In this document: piece after piece, positions 9,460 through 18,780 of the stretch | Layout: the number at the start of each line of letters is the position of its first letter | Numbering within the stretch: the first letter of the stretch is position 1 | Origin: a virus | Strand: one strand, 5' to 3' | Length of the DNA: 64,000 nucleotides | Virus record (IMG/VR): IMGVR_UViG_3300012209_000005 | Coordinates: 1-64,000 of that record | Translations under genes and position numbers: made by a program | Notes under the pieces: model-generated | The model's input: the letters and a program-made list of their open reading frames with translations, nothing else | Databases searched by the model: none | What the model was told of the DNA's origin: nothing

Positions 9460-10202
9460 TGATGACCACCGCCCCGAGCACCCGCGCCAGCAGCCGCAGC
9501 GCTTTTCGAATGGGCAAGCTCACCGTTCCTGCGCTGCAGGAAGTCCTCCAGGGCGACGGTCTCCCCGCCGCCGAGGATCTTCTCCTTCAGCAGGCCCGCG
9601 ACGCCCGCCGCCTTGTAGAGGGCGCGCAGCGAGGCCACGTCCGGGGCCCCCTCCGCCGCCTTCAGGAACTCCTGCGGGGTTTTCAGGTCAGCGAAGGCCG
9701 CCTTCTTCGCGGGGGAAGCGGAGTTTCGCTCCCCTGCGGATGCGCGCGGAGCAGGGGCCGCCTCGCGCGCACTGCGCTCGAAGCTGCTCTCATCCGGGTC
9801 CGGGTCGGTGGTCGGCAGGTTGAGCACCTGGAGAAGGGCGATCCGGTAGGCGACGCTCATCCCCTTGGCGATAGCCTTGTCCCCGGAGTCCATCGCCTCG
9901 CTGACCACGGTCGCCGAGACGTGATCCCCGGCCGGGCCGTAAAAGCGGTAGGCCACCGTGAGGACCACGTGCGCCATCGGGGTGCGCTTGCTGCCGATCT
10001 CCACCGTCTCGTACCGGGAGTCCAGCACCTCGGGTACAGTGATCACGCCCTGCGCGTTCAGGTGGGGCGCCGCCGCGTTCACCACCGCGTCCACGCCGCG
10101 GAAGCTGAAATTCTGCATCGTGTTCCGCTGGTCTTTCCCGACCGCGCCGACTTCCCGCTTCACCGCTGCGAGGGCATGGAAAATAGAAGGCAGGTCCGCC
10201 AT
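9456..10202 (-). CDS. ERF-family single-strand annealing protein
   Basis: VGKDQRN..Q.FSFRGVDAV, EAMDSGDKA..K.MS.AYR.AL, DPD. Confidence 0.85.
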   Translation of the reverse strand: MADLPSIFHALAAVKREVGAVGKDQRNTMQNFSFRGVDAVVNAAAPHLNAQGVITVPEVLDSRYETVEIGSKRTPMAHVVLTVAYRFYGPAGDHVSATVVSEAMDSGDKAIAKGMSVAYRIALLQVLNLPTTDPDPDESSFERSAREAAPAPRASAGERNSASPAKKAAFADLKTPQEFLKAAEGAPDVASLRALYKAAGVAGLLKEKILGGGETVALEDFLQRRNGELAHSKSAAAAGAGARGGGHQ

Positions 10203-10335
10203 GGAGGCAGCCTCCTGTTAATAGAGGGAGATGCCTCCCGGAAAAAGAGGCACCCTTCTAAATTACGCCGGGGCACCGACGAGGGCAAGCATCACGACCC
10301 CCCCGTGACCTGCGTCTATGTCCTCACCGTGCAAT

Positions 10336-10372
10336 GAGAAAGCCCCCGGGAGGCGCGTGCCTCCCGGGGGCT
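10336..10372 (-). terminator. terminator-like hairpin
   Basis: agcccccgggaggc / gcctcccgggggct 14-bp stem just downstream of the 10393..11322 gene. Confidence 0.6.
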
Positions 10373-10392
10373 CCTGCCTCCCGGTGCGTTAC

Positions 10393-11322
10393 TTACAGGG
10401 GCTGCCTGCGGGGCAGCTCGCCCCGCAGGGCCAGGTAATCCCAGTCCTGTGACAGCTGCTTGACATCGCGCTTGCCGATGGCGCGCATGACATCACGCGC
10501 CGTGGGGACCCTTCCCCCGGACTCGTCGATCATCTGCAGGACGGCCTCCCTCAGGTGCTCCCGGCGGGTGAACGTGCCGGCGATGTGCTCCTTGCAGGTG
10601 ACCCTCCAGTACCACTGGTCCCTCGACCAGTAGAGGGCGAAGAACTCCCGGGTCCTCGGGCGCTCCTCGCCCCCCAGCTTGCAGGTGACATAATGATCCG
10701 GCTCGTCCGGAGGCTGGGCAGGGCGGTCATTATCGACTTTCGTGCCCTCCAGCCTGGCGATCACGTGATCCAGGTGCCTGCCGATCACCTCATCCGCCCG
10801 GCCCAGCCGCTCCAGCTCCGAGCGGAACTTGCGGGTCAGGGTCAGCGCCCTGGCCGTGGTGTCCCGCTCCCTGCGGGTCTGTTCGTCGAAGAGGATCACC
10901 CGGAACGGCCGGGCCTCCGGGTTCTGGGTCGCCTTGCGCACCTCGGCCCTGGTGATCACGTCGTAGTACTTATTCGTCTCCACGTTCTCGCCGAGGAGCC
11001 AGAGCATCCCGGCCATCCAGCTCCCGGCGCCCCGGTCGTCCGGGTCGTGCTCCGGGTGGATGAGCTGGCGGGAAACGAGCTGCTCGGTCACGTCCGCGGC
11101 CAGGGACTCCCAGGAGCCCCAGATGGATATGACCCGCCGCTCCTTGGTGTGCATCTCGTCGGTGATGCGCGTCACCAGCTCGGCGAACGTCACCTTCCCG
11201 TCGTCCAGGAGCAGTTCCATGACCCCCCGGAAGGCGTCCGGGAGGGGAAGGGCCCCCGCCCCGGACAGCTTCCCGTCACCGACGAGGCGGTTGATCCGGT
11301 CCTCGGCGGCGCTCCTGGTCAT
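10393..11322 (-). CDS. hypothetical protein, possible C-terminal HTH
   Basis: 309 aa ORF coupled (ATGA overlap) to the ParB-like gene. Confidence 0.65.
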   Translation of the reverse strand: MTRSAAEDRINRLVGDGKLSGAGALPLPDAFRGVMELLLDDGKVTFAELVTRITDEMHTKERRVISIWGSWESLAADVTEQLVSRQLIHPEHDPDDRGAGSWMAGMLWLLGENVETNKYYDVITRAEVRKATQNPEARPFRVILFDEQTRRERDTTARALTLTRKFRSELERLGRADEVIGRHLDHVIARLEGTKVDNDRPAQPPDEPDHYVTCKLGGEERPRTREFFALYWSRDQWYWRVTCKEHIAGTFTRREHLREAVLQMIDESGGRVPTARDVMRAIGKRDVKQLSQDWDYLALRGELPRRQPL

Positions 11323-12380
11323 CCCTTGCCCGCCCCCGAGTCACGGAAGGCGGGGATGGAGACCGCCTGGCCGTAGCCGTCGCGGACATCAGCGGCGCGC
11401 AGTGCCTCCCGCTGCTCCTTGATGACCTGGTTGAGCTTATCCACGGTCAGGTTGAGCATCCGCAGGTGCTCCTCCACGTACCGGGGGTCCAGCTCGATGG
11501 CCACGCCCGGGTCCTTCTCGACGATCGCGAGGGTGGTGTGCAGCCGCTGGCGCAGCTTGCCGCCGAAGTTGTCGTGCCGGCGGACCGCCTGGCGCAGCCG
11601 GGGGCCGTAGTCCGCGGCTGCCTGCGCCACGCACGCCAGCTTATCCTCATCCGAGGTCAGCTTCGACAGCGCCCGCAGCAGGTCCTCCAGCTCCTTGGTG
11701 GACAGGTTCGAGTCGCGCACCAGCTCCGCGACCGACCGCATCACCGGGTTGTTCAGCTGCTGGGACTTCCAGCCGAGCTTCTGGACGTGGCTGGGCTTCA
11801 GCCCGTCCGTGACCTTGATCCCCAGGTTGGTCAGGCGGGCCATGCCCTTGTCCTCGGCGAGGACGGAGGACACCTGGGACTCGGTGATGTTCAGGTCGCC
11901 GGCGATCTGCTTGACGGACTTACCGTCCTTGTTGAGCTGGCGGACCAGGTGCGCGTTCTGCGTCTTCGGCATGCTCAGCCCGTGCTTGTTGTTCAGCGCG
12001 GCACCCAGCTCAAGCATCTGCCGGCGCTGGGATTCGGTCGCGTCCTCGTGCGCGATCCTGATCCTGAACTGCGGAATGATGGACAGCCCCGCGTCGAGCG
12101 CGCCGCCCACCCGGTTGGCCCCGTCGATGCCCAGCCCGTCGATGGTCACGACGACCGGGGGGACGGGGCGGCTGCGCAGGTACGCGGCCTTGTACTTCTT
12201 GATCTGCATCGGCAGCGCGAACTGCGCGATGTCCCTGACCTGGAGCCAGCGCTCCAGGGAGGGCATGCGCCCGTCGGGAACGAAATCCCAGGGCAGCCCG
12301 TGCATCTTGATCTCGGCCAGCACCTCGCCGGCCTCGGGGTATGATGCCAGGACCCTCTTCTCATCCTGCCAAATCTGCAT
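11319..12380 (-). CDS. ParB/Srx-like N-terminal domain protein with HTH
   Basis: PPVVV....IDGANRVGGA..G...IP resembles ParB box II; GKSVKQIAGDLNITESQVSSVL HTH. Confidence 0.6.
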   Translation of the reverse strand: MQIWQDEKRVLASYPEAGEVLAEIKMHGLPWDFVPDGRMPSLERWLQVRDIAQFALPMQIKKYKAAYLRSRPVPPVVVTIDGLGIDGANRVGGALDAGLSIIPQFRIRIAHEDATESQRRQMLELGAALNNKHGLSMPKTQNAHLVRQLNKDGKSVKQIAGDLNITESQVSSVLAEDKGMARLTNLGIKVTDGLKPSHVQKLGWKSQQLNNPVMRSVAELVRDSNLSTKELEDLLRALSKLTSDEDKLACVAQAAADYGPRLRQAVRRHDNFGGKLRQRLHTTLAIVEKDPGVAIELDPRYVEEHLRMLNLTVDKLNQVIKEQREALRAADVRDGYGQAVSIPAFRDSGAGKG

Positions 12381-12484
12381 GGATGAACCTTCCCCTTCAT
12401 ATCCGTGCTCTGCAAACCCATGGCTGGGTTGCTGACTGCACGCTACCATGGATCTGGCCGGCGTCAAATCCAAATGTTGGGATG

Positions 12485-12721
12485 CTACGCGGGACTGGGA
12501 TAGTGACCCGAGCCGTGATCCAGGTAGGGAATCACCCAGTCGCCCGTGACCAGGGCTTTCTCTACCCGCGTACGCGGGGTGTAGGAGTCCCGGTGCCTCA
12601 GTTCCAGCACCCCGCAGTCCTGGCAGATGCGCGTCCTGCTCCCGAAGATCGCAGCCATGAGCTTACCGCAGTTCCAGCAGCCGAACGGGGAGGGGTCCGC
12701 GTCGGCAGGCTCGCGGATCAC
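12485..12721 (-). CDS. small Zn-ribbon protein
   Basis: CWNCG...CQDCG; GTGA overlap with upstream ORF. Confidence 0.5.
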   Translation of the reverse strand: MIREPADADPSPFGCWNCGKLMAAIFGSRTRICQDCGVLELRHRDSYTPRTRVEKALVTGDWVIPYLDHGSGHYPSPA

Positions 12722-12924
12722 GCGACCGTCACCTCCCGCCCCTTCCAGCGGCCGATCCTCTTCCGGCGCATCTCCCGGTGCCACGCGCATATGACGGACC
12801 GCTTGTCGTCCCCGCTTCGCTCGTTCAGGCAGAAGCTCACCCAGTTCTCGTGCACGACGCGCACCTCGCACAGCGGGAACAGGACCGGGAAGTCCACGCC
12901 TGCGTCATCCGTGATCACGGGCAT
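12718..12924 (-). CDS. hypothetical protein
   Basis: 68 aa, AAAGGAG RBS. Confidence 0.5.
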   Translation of the reverse strand: MPVITDDAGVDFPVLFPLCEVRVVHENWVSFCLNERSGDDKRSVICAWHREMRRKRIGRWKGREVTVA

Positions 12925-13183
12925 ACCGTCTCCTTTCCCGGACGTCCATGCCCCCCCAGATGCCCGTGCAGTCGTAGGCGATGGCGAACTCCAGGCATTC
13001 CAGCCGCACCGGGCATCCCCTGCAAACATCCCTGGCGGCGCCTGCCCGGTCTTTCTCGCCGGTGACGCCTTTTCCCTCGCGCGGCCCCCCCAGGTTCTCG
13101 CGGGGGAAAAACAGGTCGGTGCTCATGCCGTGGCACGCGGCCAGGTCTTGCCACATCATACGGTTAATTGTATAAACCCTCAT
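12905..13183 (-). CDS. whiB: WhiB-family Fe-S transcription factor
   Basis: W...AAC.....LFFP...A..VC.GCPVRLECL..A......GIWGG....ERR. Confidence 0.93.
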   Translation of the reverse strand: MRVYTINRMMWQDLAACHGMSTDLFFPRENLGGPREGKGVTGEKDRAGAARDVCRGCPVRLECLEFAIAYDCTGIWGGMDVRERRRYARDHG

Positions 13184-13231
13184 TCTCCGGGGGGGCCGCG
13201 AAACGCGCTCGGAATGGGCCGGGGAAAGGAC

Positions 13232-13435
13232 CTACGCGGGCACCGACAGGACGAGGCGGCTGATCTCGTCGCCGGTCTTGTCCTTCAGCACCAGCAGGGC
13301 GATGATCATGTCCTGGGCATCGTCCGTGCTCAGCCCGGCGAGGAGCGTGACCACGGCCTCGATGTCCCGGCGCGTCCAGTGGGTGATCAGTACTGCAGCG
13401 TGCCTCAGGGCGGGCTCTCCGACAGGAGCTTCCAT
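13232..13435 (-). CDS. hypothetical protein
   Basis: 67 aa ORF with GAGG RBS. Confidence 0.45.
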   Translation of the reverse strand: MEAPVGEPALRHAAVLITHWTRRDIEAVVTLLAGLSTDDAQDMIIALLVLKDKTGDEISRLVLSVPA

Positions 13436-13608
13436 GTTTGCCTCATCTGTCCGGGGGGTACGGAGCACATCGTAGCCAAGGTTAACTTCCGGGAGCCGCA
13501 GTCGCAAGAGTCGAAAACGATGACGGAAAAAGTCACGGACAGCACCCTTCTCCCTGTGCAGGCGGGTGATCCCGGGTATCCTGTTTCAGGAGAAGAAGGA
13601 GAATTCCC

Positions 13609-14244
13609 TTGACTGAAACAGCATTGCCCATCCCCCCGGGGATGAAGCATTATGAATTGCCGGCCGGGGAGCAGACCCTGGATTTCCGGGGCCGCCTTAT
13701 CTACGCGATTGATAATGACCGCGGCGACCGCCCCCGGTGGGCGGAACTGAGGCTGTATAAGATCCTCGCCACCGACCCGGACGACGAAAACACCTACGGG
13801 AAGCAGATGTGGCTGCTGTACACGATCGGGCACACGCTCGTCTACCACGCCCGCAACAGCGCGTGCAATAAGGGCATCGCGGTCGCGGCCGGGGATTTCC
13901 GGGACCGGGCGGAGGACTGGGAGAACCTGGAGGCCTGCGAGTTCTGCCATCCAGCCGACTGGGAGACGGCGGACGGCAGCCGGGAGTTCGAGCTGGAGGT
14001 CACCTGGTACTCTTACACCCCGTGCCGGTCCCCCGCCGAGGTGCTCGACGCGCTGCGCAGGGAGCCCCGGTGCAGGAACTGCAACCACAAGCCCCACGAC
14101 GGGTACCGGTGCAGGGACTGCCGGTGCTCCGAGTACGCGGAGGGCCCGCGCCCGCTGAGCGTCCCGGGACGGCGGCTCATCGAGCACGTGCGGCACCTGG
14201 ACGAGGATATTCGCCGGGCCGTGGACAAGAAGGTACGATTTTGA
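13609..14244 (+). CDS. hypothetical protein with Cys motifs
   Basis: 211 aa, TTG start after AAGGAG. Confidence 0.7.
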   Translation: MTETALPIPPGMKHYELPAGEQTLDFRGRLIYAIDNDRGDRPRWAELRLYKILATDPDDENTYGKQMWLLYTIGHTLVYHARNSACNKGIAVAAGDFRDRAEDWENLEACEFCHPADWETADGSREFELEVTWYSYTPCRSPAEVLDALRREPRCRNCNHKPHDGYRCRDCRCSEYAEGPRPLSVPGRRLIEHVRHLDEDIRRAVDKKVRF

Positions 14245-14245
14245 T

Positions 14246-14914
14246 GTGAGCACCATCTGGTACACTTCCGATACGCATTTCAACCACAAGCTGGTGGCGA
14301 AGAAGCGGGGGTTCACCAGGCCCCTGGACGCATGCGGGGAGCCGGACCACTTCAACCCGTGCAACCTGTGCGCCCCCGGGGACCCGGGAGCGCACGATCA
14401 GGTCATCCTGGGCAACTGGAATAAGCTGGTCAAGCCGGGGGACCGCGCCTACATCCTCGGGGACTTCGCCATGAACTGGAAGGGCGCAGACGAGCTGCTC
14501 GCGCAGATGAACGGGGATAAGATCCTCATCTGCGGCAACCACGACATCATGTCCGGGGTCCACGCCGACGGGTGGAAGCACCGCGCCGGCTGGACCGGGG
14601 AGGGCAGGTTCGCCGCCATCATGGACGTGGCCCGCAGGAAGGTGGCGGGTCGCGAGTTCCTGATGTCCCACTACCCGTACACCGGGGATCACACCGAGCG
14701 GGACCGCTACCTGCAGTACCGGCTGCGGGACTACGGGATGTGGCTGCTGCACGGGCACACCCACCTGAAAAACCGGATGTCCGGGAACAGGCAGGTCCAC
14801 GTGGGCATGGACGCCTGGGGCCTGTGCCCGGTCCCGGAGAAGCGCATCCTGGCGCTGGTAGACGGGGAGGAAGAGCGGCAGCGGGCGCTCGACAGCAGGC
14901 GGGTGGCGGTGTAA
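14246..14914 (+). CDS. calcineurin-like metallophosphoesterase
   Basis: TSDTHF, LGDF, GNHD, SHYP, LHGHTH. Confidence 0.92.
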   Translation: MSTIWYTSDTHFNHKLVAKKRGFTRPLDACGEPDHFNPCNLCAPGDPGAHDQVILGNWNKLVKPGDRAYILGDFAMNWKGADELLAQMNGDKILICGNHDIMSGVHADGWKHRAGWTGEGRFAAIMDVARRKVAGREFLMSHYPYTGDHTERDRYLQYRLRDYGMWLLHGHTHLKNRMSGNRQVHVGMDAWGLCPVPEKRILALVDGEEERQRALDSRRVAV

Positions 14915-15492
14915 TGGCGCTTATCCCGGAATGCCCGGAGGGCAGCGGAGCTGCGCTCCCCATACGGACTTTCGCGGACCTCCAGCGCGCCGTCGCCAGG
15001 GCCCCGTACGACCGCGCCGCCGCTGTCGCGGTCCGGGACTTCATGGCGCAGGCGCACTATCACCGGCAGGTGACCAGGGAGGAGGCGGTCGCCCTCCCTC
15101 CCGGGGTTCACTTCACCTTGCACCAGCGGGTCGGGGACGAGACCAAGGACATCTACCTCAGCCATGTCCGCGAGATGTTCGCCGGCGGGTTCATTGACCC
15201 TGACGAGCGCGACGCCAGGATAGCCGCGCTCATGCTCGCGCGCACGAGGGAGGAGATGGACTTCCTCATCCAGGACCTCCCGGGGATAGCGAAAGAACTG
15301 CCGCCGCCGCCACCAGCGGGACAGGAGTCTCCCCGGCCCCTGCTCGCCTTCCTGGTCACCCTGGCCAGCGGCCTGGGCGCAGCCGCGGTACTTGCCGGCG
15401 GCACAGGCACCGGCAACCTGGCGGGCTTCATCGTCCTGCTCATCATCGCCGTCACCTCCGCGGCCCTGTGGGCCGCGTCCCTCGGGAAGTAA
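14914..15492 (+). CDS. DUF1707(SHOCT-like) membrane protein
   Basis: RVGD......L......G.ID.DE...R....ARTR.E...L..DLP plus two C-terminal TM helices. Confidence 0.7.
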   Translation: MALIPECPEGSGAALPIRTFADLQRAVARAPYDRAAAVAVRDFMAQAHYHRQVTREEAVALPPGVHFTLHQRVGDETKDIYLSHVREMFAGGFIDPDERDARIAALMLARTREEMDFLIQDLPGIAKELPPPPPAGQESPRPLLAFLVTLASGLGAAAVLAGGTGTGNLAGFIVLLIIAVTSAALWAASLGK

Positions 15493-15505
15493 TTCCCGGA
15501 ACCGC

Positions 15506-15534
15506 TTGACGCCATCTCCTGAGGTGGCTAGGTT
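15506..15534 (+). promoter_or_regulatory. HrdB/sigma70-type promoter
   Basis: TTGACG-17nt-TAGGTT. Confidence 0.65.
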
Positions 15535-15583
15535 CAGCAGTGTCCGGGGAAGTTCCCCGGGCGCGAAAAGGAGAACGTCACTG

Positions 15584-16267
15584 ATGCTGACGAAGAACCT
15601 GAAGGCAAGGGTCGCGGCGCTGTCTGTCGCCGTCCTGGGAGCTGGCGGACTCGCATTTGCCGTGGCGGCAACCCCCGCGAGCGCGGCGACCCCCGCCTGC
15701 ACCGCCGTGGCGGGCACCGCCTGCGGCAGCTGGAACGCGGAAGTCCCCGGCCTCCCCGACCTGGATGTCCAGGGTGCCGCCGCGTTCTCCGGGAATGCGC
15801 TCATCATGTACACCCGCAGCGCCACGGACAGGGCCGAGGACTTCCGGGTGCAGCCCGTCGACACGACCCAGCACTCCAAATACGACGTCGCCGGCACTTT
15901 CGGGACGTGGAGCCGGACCCTGGCGAACGCCCTGGTCACCAACGCGGTGCGCATCCAATACGCCCCCTTCGGGGTGGCCTCGGGCCTGTGCCTGTCCAGC
16001 GTGAACCCGAATGGGTTCGCCAGCGTGCAGCTCCGGTACTGCGACAACACGAGCGGTGAGTGGAACCCGTACCAGACCTTCAAGAAGACGGACGCGAATG
16101 GTGACGGCCAGTTCGTCACCTTCACCGAGGTGATCAACGGTCACCTGCTCACCGACCCCGCTAACAACGGGTCGATCGGGGTGAAGGGCGATCGCGTGCA
16201 GGTGAAGTTCGCCGGCGGCACCGGGGTCATTCACACCGGGCAGCTGTGGGGCCTGAACGGCGCGTAA
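15584..16267 (+). CDS. secreted protein, ricin-B/beta-trefoil lectin-like
   Basis: Sec signal peptide (..ATPASA/A), SGLCL..VQLRYCD...YQTF, terminal QLW motif. Confidence 0.6.
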   Translation: MLTKNLKARVAALSVAVLGAGGLAFAVAATPASAATPACTAVAGTACGSWNAEVPGLPDLDVQGAAAFSGNALIMYTRSATDRAEDFRVQPVDTTQHSKYDVAGTFGTWSRTLANALVTNAVRIQYAPFGVASGLCLSSVNPNGFASVQLRYCDNTSGEWNPYQTFKKTDANGDGQFVTFTEVINGHLLTDPANNGSIGVKGDRVQVKFAGGTGVIHTGQLWGLNGA

Positions 16268-16289
16268 CGTACGATACGGCCAGGAGTAC

Positions 16290-16320
16290 GGCCCCCCGGA
16301 GCGTGAGGCTCCGGGGGGCC
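16290..16320 (+). terminator. GC-rich terminator hairpin
   Basis: ggccccccggagc / gctccggggggcc 13-bp stem. Confidence 0.6.
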
Positions 16321-16349
16321 TGGTAGTATCAGCTCAGGTAACATGAGAC

Positions 16350-16976
16350 ATGGGAACGGGCGGCATGAGCGTCATCCACGCCCTGTCGTCCCTCCCGAGG
16401 CAGGCCTGGTGGCTGATCGCCATCCTCGCGGGCCTGTCCCTTCTCGGCGGCGGCGGCAGCAAGAAGAAGCGCGGCAGCAGGAAGAGCAGGGACGAGCCAG
16501 GCAGCTTCGCCATCATCGTCGTCGTCGGGGTTGTCCTGCTGGCTGCGGGAGCCGGCGGCGGGGTCACGAAAGTCATCCACCGTCATCACGGCCCGCCTGA
16601 TGCCTCAGGTCCGTGCTCCGGGGTCGGGTCAGTTCCCGCGAGCCAGATCAACGGGGCAGCGGCGAGCCTTGGCATCTCCTGCAGGATAGTCCGCGCTCAG
16701 ATCAACATGGAATCCGGGGGGGACCCCGGCTCCTACTCCCCGGCGAAGGCGAAAGGGGTGGCGCAATTCCTGCAGGGTACCTGGGATAGCCACCACTGCG
16801 CCGGGTCCCCGTGGAACGCGGGGGACTCCATGAGCTGCTACGTGATCTACATGAGGGAGCTGATCCGCTCCGAGGGCAGCGTGCGCCGTGCGCTCGCCGC
16901 CTATAACGCGGGTCCCGGGAATATCGCAGCGGGCATGGGCTACGCTGACGCGATCCTGTCGGCCGCGGGCGCATGA
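16350..16976 (+). CDS. membrane-anchored lytic transglycosylase (SLT)
   Basis: AQINMESGG....S...A.GVAQF...TW, ALAAYNAGPG; two N-terminal TM segments. Confidence 0.9.
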   Translation: MGTGGMSVIHALSSLPRQAWWLIAILAGLSLLGGGGSKKKRGSRKSRDEPGSFAIIVVVGVVLLAAGAGGGVTKVIHRHHGPPDASGPCSGVGSVPASQINGAAASLGISCRIVRAQINMESGGDPGSYSPAKAKGVAQFLQGTWDSHHCAGSPWNAGDSMSCYVIYMRELIRSEGSVRRALAAYNAGPGNIAAGMGYADAILSAAGA

Positions 16977-17470
16977 GCAGGAAGAGGAAGGAGGGCGGGA
17001 CGGGCGCGCTCGTCGTGCTCATCATCGCCATCCTCATGGCGGGCAGGAACCACCTGCCCGTCGTGCCGCACTCCTTCCACCCGGCCTCTCACTCGGTCAG
17101 GGCGAAGGCGATCGCCTGGGCGAGGCAGCAGGAGGGATGCCCCTACCTGTACGGGGGGACCTCTTGCGGGACAGGATTCGACTGCAGCGGGCTGATCATG
17201 AAAGCCTATGCCCACGCCGGCAGGGCGATCCCCCGGACCTCGGAGGACCAGTGGAAGCACATGCATCACGTGACCGTCCCCAGGCCCGGCGACCTGGTGT
17301 TTTTCGCCGGGTCGCCCATCGACCCCCCGCCGGGCCATGTCGGCCTGGTAATCTCCCGGCATAAGATGATTGAAGCCTACGCATCCGGGTACCCGGTCCG
17401 GGTATCCTCGTTCGGGACGGCGGGCTCCCCCCCGGGCGACAGGATACCCACCGGGTTCGCCGCCCCGTAG
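16973..17470 (+). CDS. NlpC/P60 peptidoglycan endopeptidase
   Basis: PYLYGG...FDCSGL, PRTS..Q, PGDLVFF, HVGL. Confidence 0.92.
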   Translation: MSRKRKEGGTGALVVLIIAILMAGRNHLPVVPHSFHPASHSVRAKAIAWARQQEGCPYLYGGTSCGTGFDCSGLIMKAYAHAGRAIPRTSEDQWKHMHHVTVPRPGDLVFFAGSPIDPPPGHVGLVISRHKMIEAYASGYPVRVSSFGTAGSPPGDRIPTGFAAP

Positions 17471-17483
17471 AAGGGAAGTGAAG

Positions 17484-17738
17484 ATGTACGCTACCGCTGC
17501 AGCAGCAGCAAGTACCTCGTCGTTTGTGTCATTCGGCGAGGTCATGATCCTTGTCGCGCTCGTCCTCGTCGCGCTGGGCACCGTCCTGGGCAAGAGGATC
17601 GAGAACACGCTCCTGTCGATGGTCATCCAGCTGGTGTTCATCCTCGGCGCGGGCATCCTGCTCGCCGCCGCGTACCCGCACAAGCTCCTCGTCCCGCTGT
17701 ACCATGTCAGCGGCGGGAAGCTGGGGATTCCGGGATGA
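17484..17738 (+). CDS. small two-TM membrane protein
   Basis: 84 aa, hydrophobic. Confidence 0.6.
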   Translation: MYATAAAAASTSSFVSFGEVMILVALVLVALGTVLGKRIENTLLSMVIQLVFILGAGILLAAAYPHKLLVPLYHVSGGKLGIPG

Positions 17739-17992
17739 TGAGCAGGAAGGGCACGACGCTGGAGGTACGCACGAAACGCAGCGGGGTCCTCCCTGCGTTC
17801 GGCGTGCTCATCGGCGGCGGCGTTATCATCGACTACGACGCAGGGCACTGGCACCTGCTTCATCACCTGTTCGGCAGGTTCAGCTTCATCATCGCGCTGG
17901 CGGTGATCATCGCGCTCACTGCCGCCGTGGCGAAAATCTCCCAGCGCCCGGCGGGATACGCAAAGATCAGCAGCAGGAAGGAAGAACAGTAA
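17735..17992 (+). CDS. small membrane protein
   Basis: 85 aa, hydrophobic, translationally coupled. Confidence 0.6.
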   Translation: MMSRKGTTLEVRTKRSGVLPAFGVLIGGGVIIDYDAGHWHLLHHLFGRFSFIIALAVIIALTAAVAKISQRPAGYAKISSRKEEQ

Positions 17993-18147
17993 TGGGACAT
18001 GTCATCGCAGGCTGCGGGGCCGGAATCAGCCAGGACTGCGCGCGTTACGCAGCCGCAGGCTGGACGGGCGGGGGTATCCTGCTCGGGGTCATCATCCTGG
18101 TCATCATCGTCGTCGCCGTCGCGTTCGCCAGGCACAAGCGCGGTTGA
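17992..18147 (+). CDS. small membrane protein
   Basis: 51 aa with one TM helix. Confidence 0.55.
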   Translation: MGHVIAGCGAGISQDCARYAAAGWTGGGILLGVIILVIIVVAVAFARHKRG

Positions 18148-18172
18148 CGCCTCCCGCTGGATGGTGTACCGT
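18144..18172 (+). promoter_or_regulatory. HrdB/sigma70-type promoter upstream of the tRNA island
   Basis: TTGACG-17nt-TACCGT. Confidence 0.5.
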
Positions 18173-18379
18173 AGGTGGCATGACCTCCACGTGCACCATC
18201 CAGCGCCACCACCCCGGGCAGAGCCCGCGGGGGGCATGGTTCGGGCACGCCTTCAGCAAGCCTGAGGGACCGCCTGGGTAAGCCGAGAGACAACGGACAC
18301 CCAGGGGCTCCTCCGAGAAAAAGCCGGCGAAACCGGTTGCGGAGGGGCCCTTGCAGTTGATACAAATACATAGGTACAC

Positions 18380-18450
18380 GGGGATGAAGCCAACGGCAGG
18401 CCGGAAGCCTCCAAAACTTCTCTGATCAGGTTCGACTCCTGACATCCCTG
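18380..18450 (+). tRNA. tRNA-Trp(CCA)
   Basis: Cloverleaf; loop CTCCAAA; T-arm tcagg-ttcgact-cctga; A at position 8. Confidence 0.8.
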
Positions 18451-18619
18451 CGGATCACCACCGGGCAACCGGGGAATGTGACTGCGATCCTGGTAACACC
18501 GGGGTCATGTTGAGAACTGCATAAGCTACAGGCCGGATGGCTGGCGACTAGGGAATGCACTGTGCATGAGCGGTAGTTGAACGCTGTGCATTGGTGTCCG
18601 AGGCTTCCATCCGGCTCGT

Positions 18620-18694
18620 GGGGACTTAGCTCAGCCAGGTAGTAGCTCCTGCTTTGCATGCAGACGGTCGCGGGTTCAAATCCCGCAGTCTCCA
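18620..18694 (+). tRNA. tRNA-Ala(TGC)
   Basis: G3:U70, loop TTTGCAT. Confidence 0.88.
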
Positions 18695-18707
18695 CTTGTA
18701 AACGCCA

Positions 18708-18780
18708 GGGGATATAGCGCAGCTGGTAGCGCGTCTCGGTCGCATCGAGAAGGCCCGGGGTTCGAGTCCCCGTATCTCCA
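18708..18780 (+). tRNA. tRNA-Ala(CGC)
   Basis: G3:U70, tctcg-GTCGCAT-cgaga. Confidence 0.9.
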
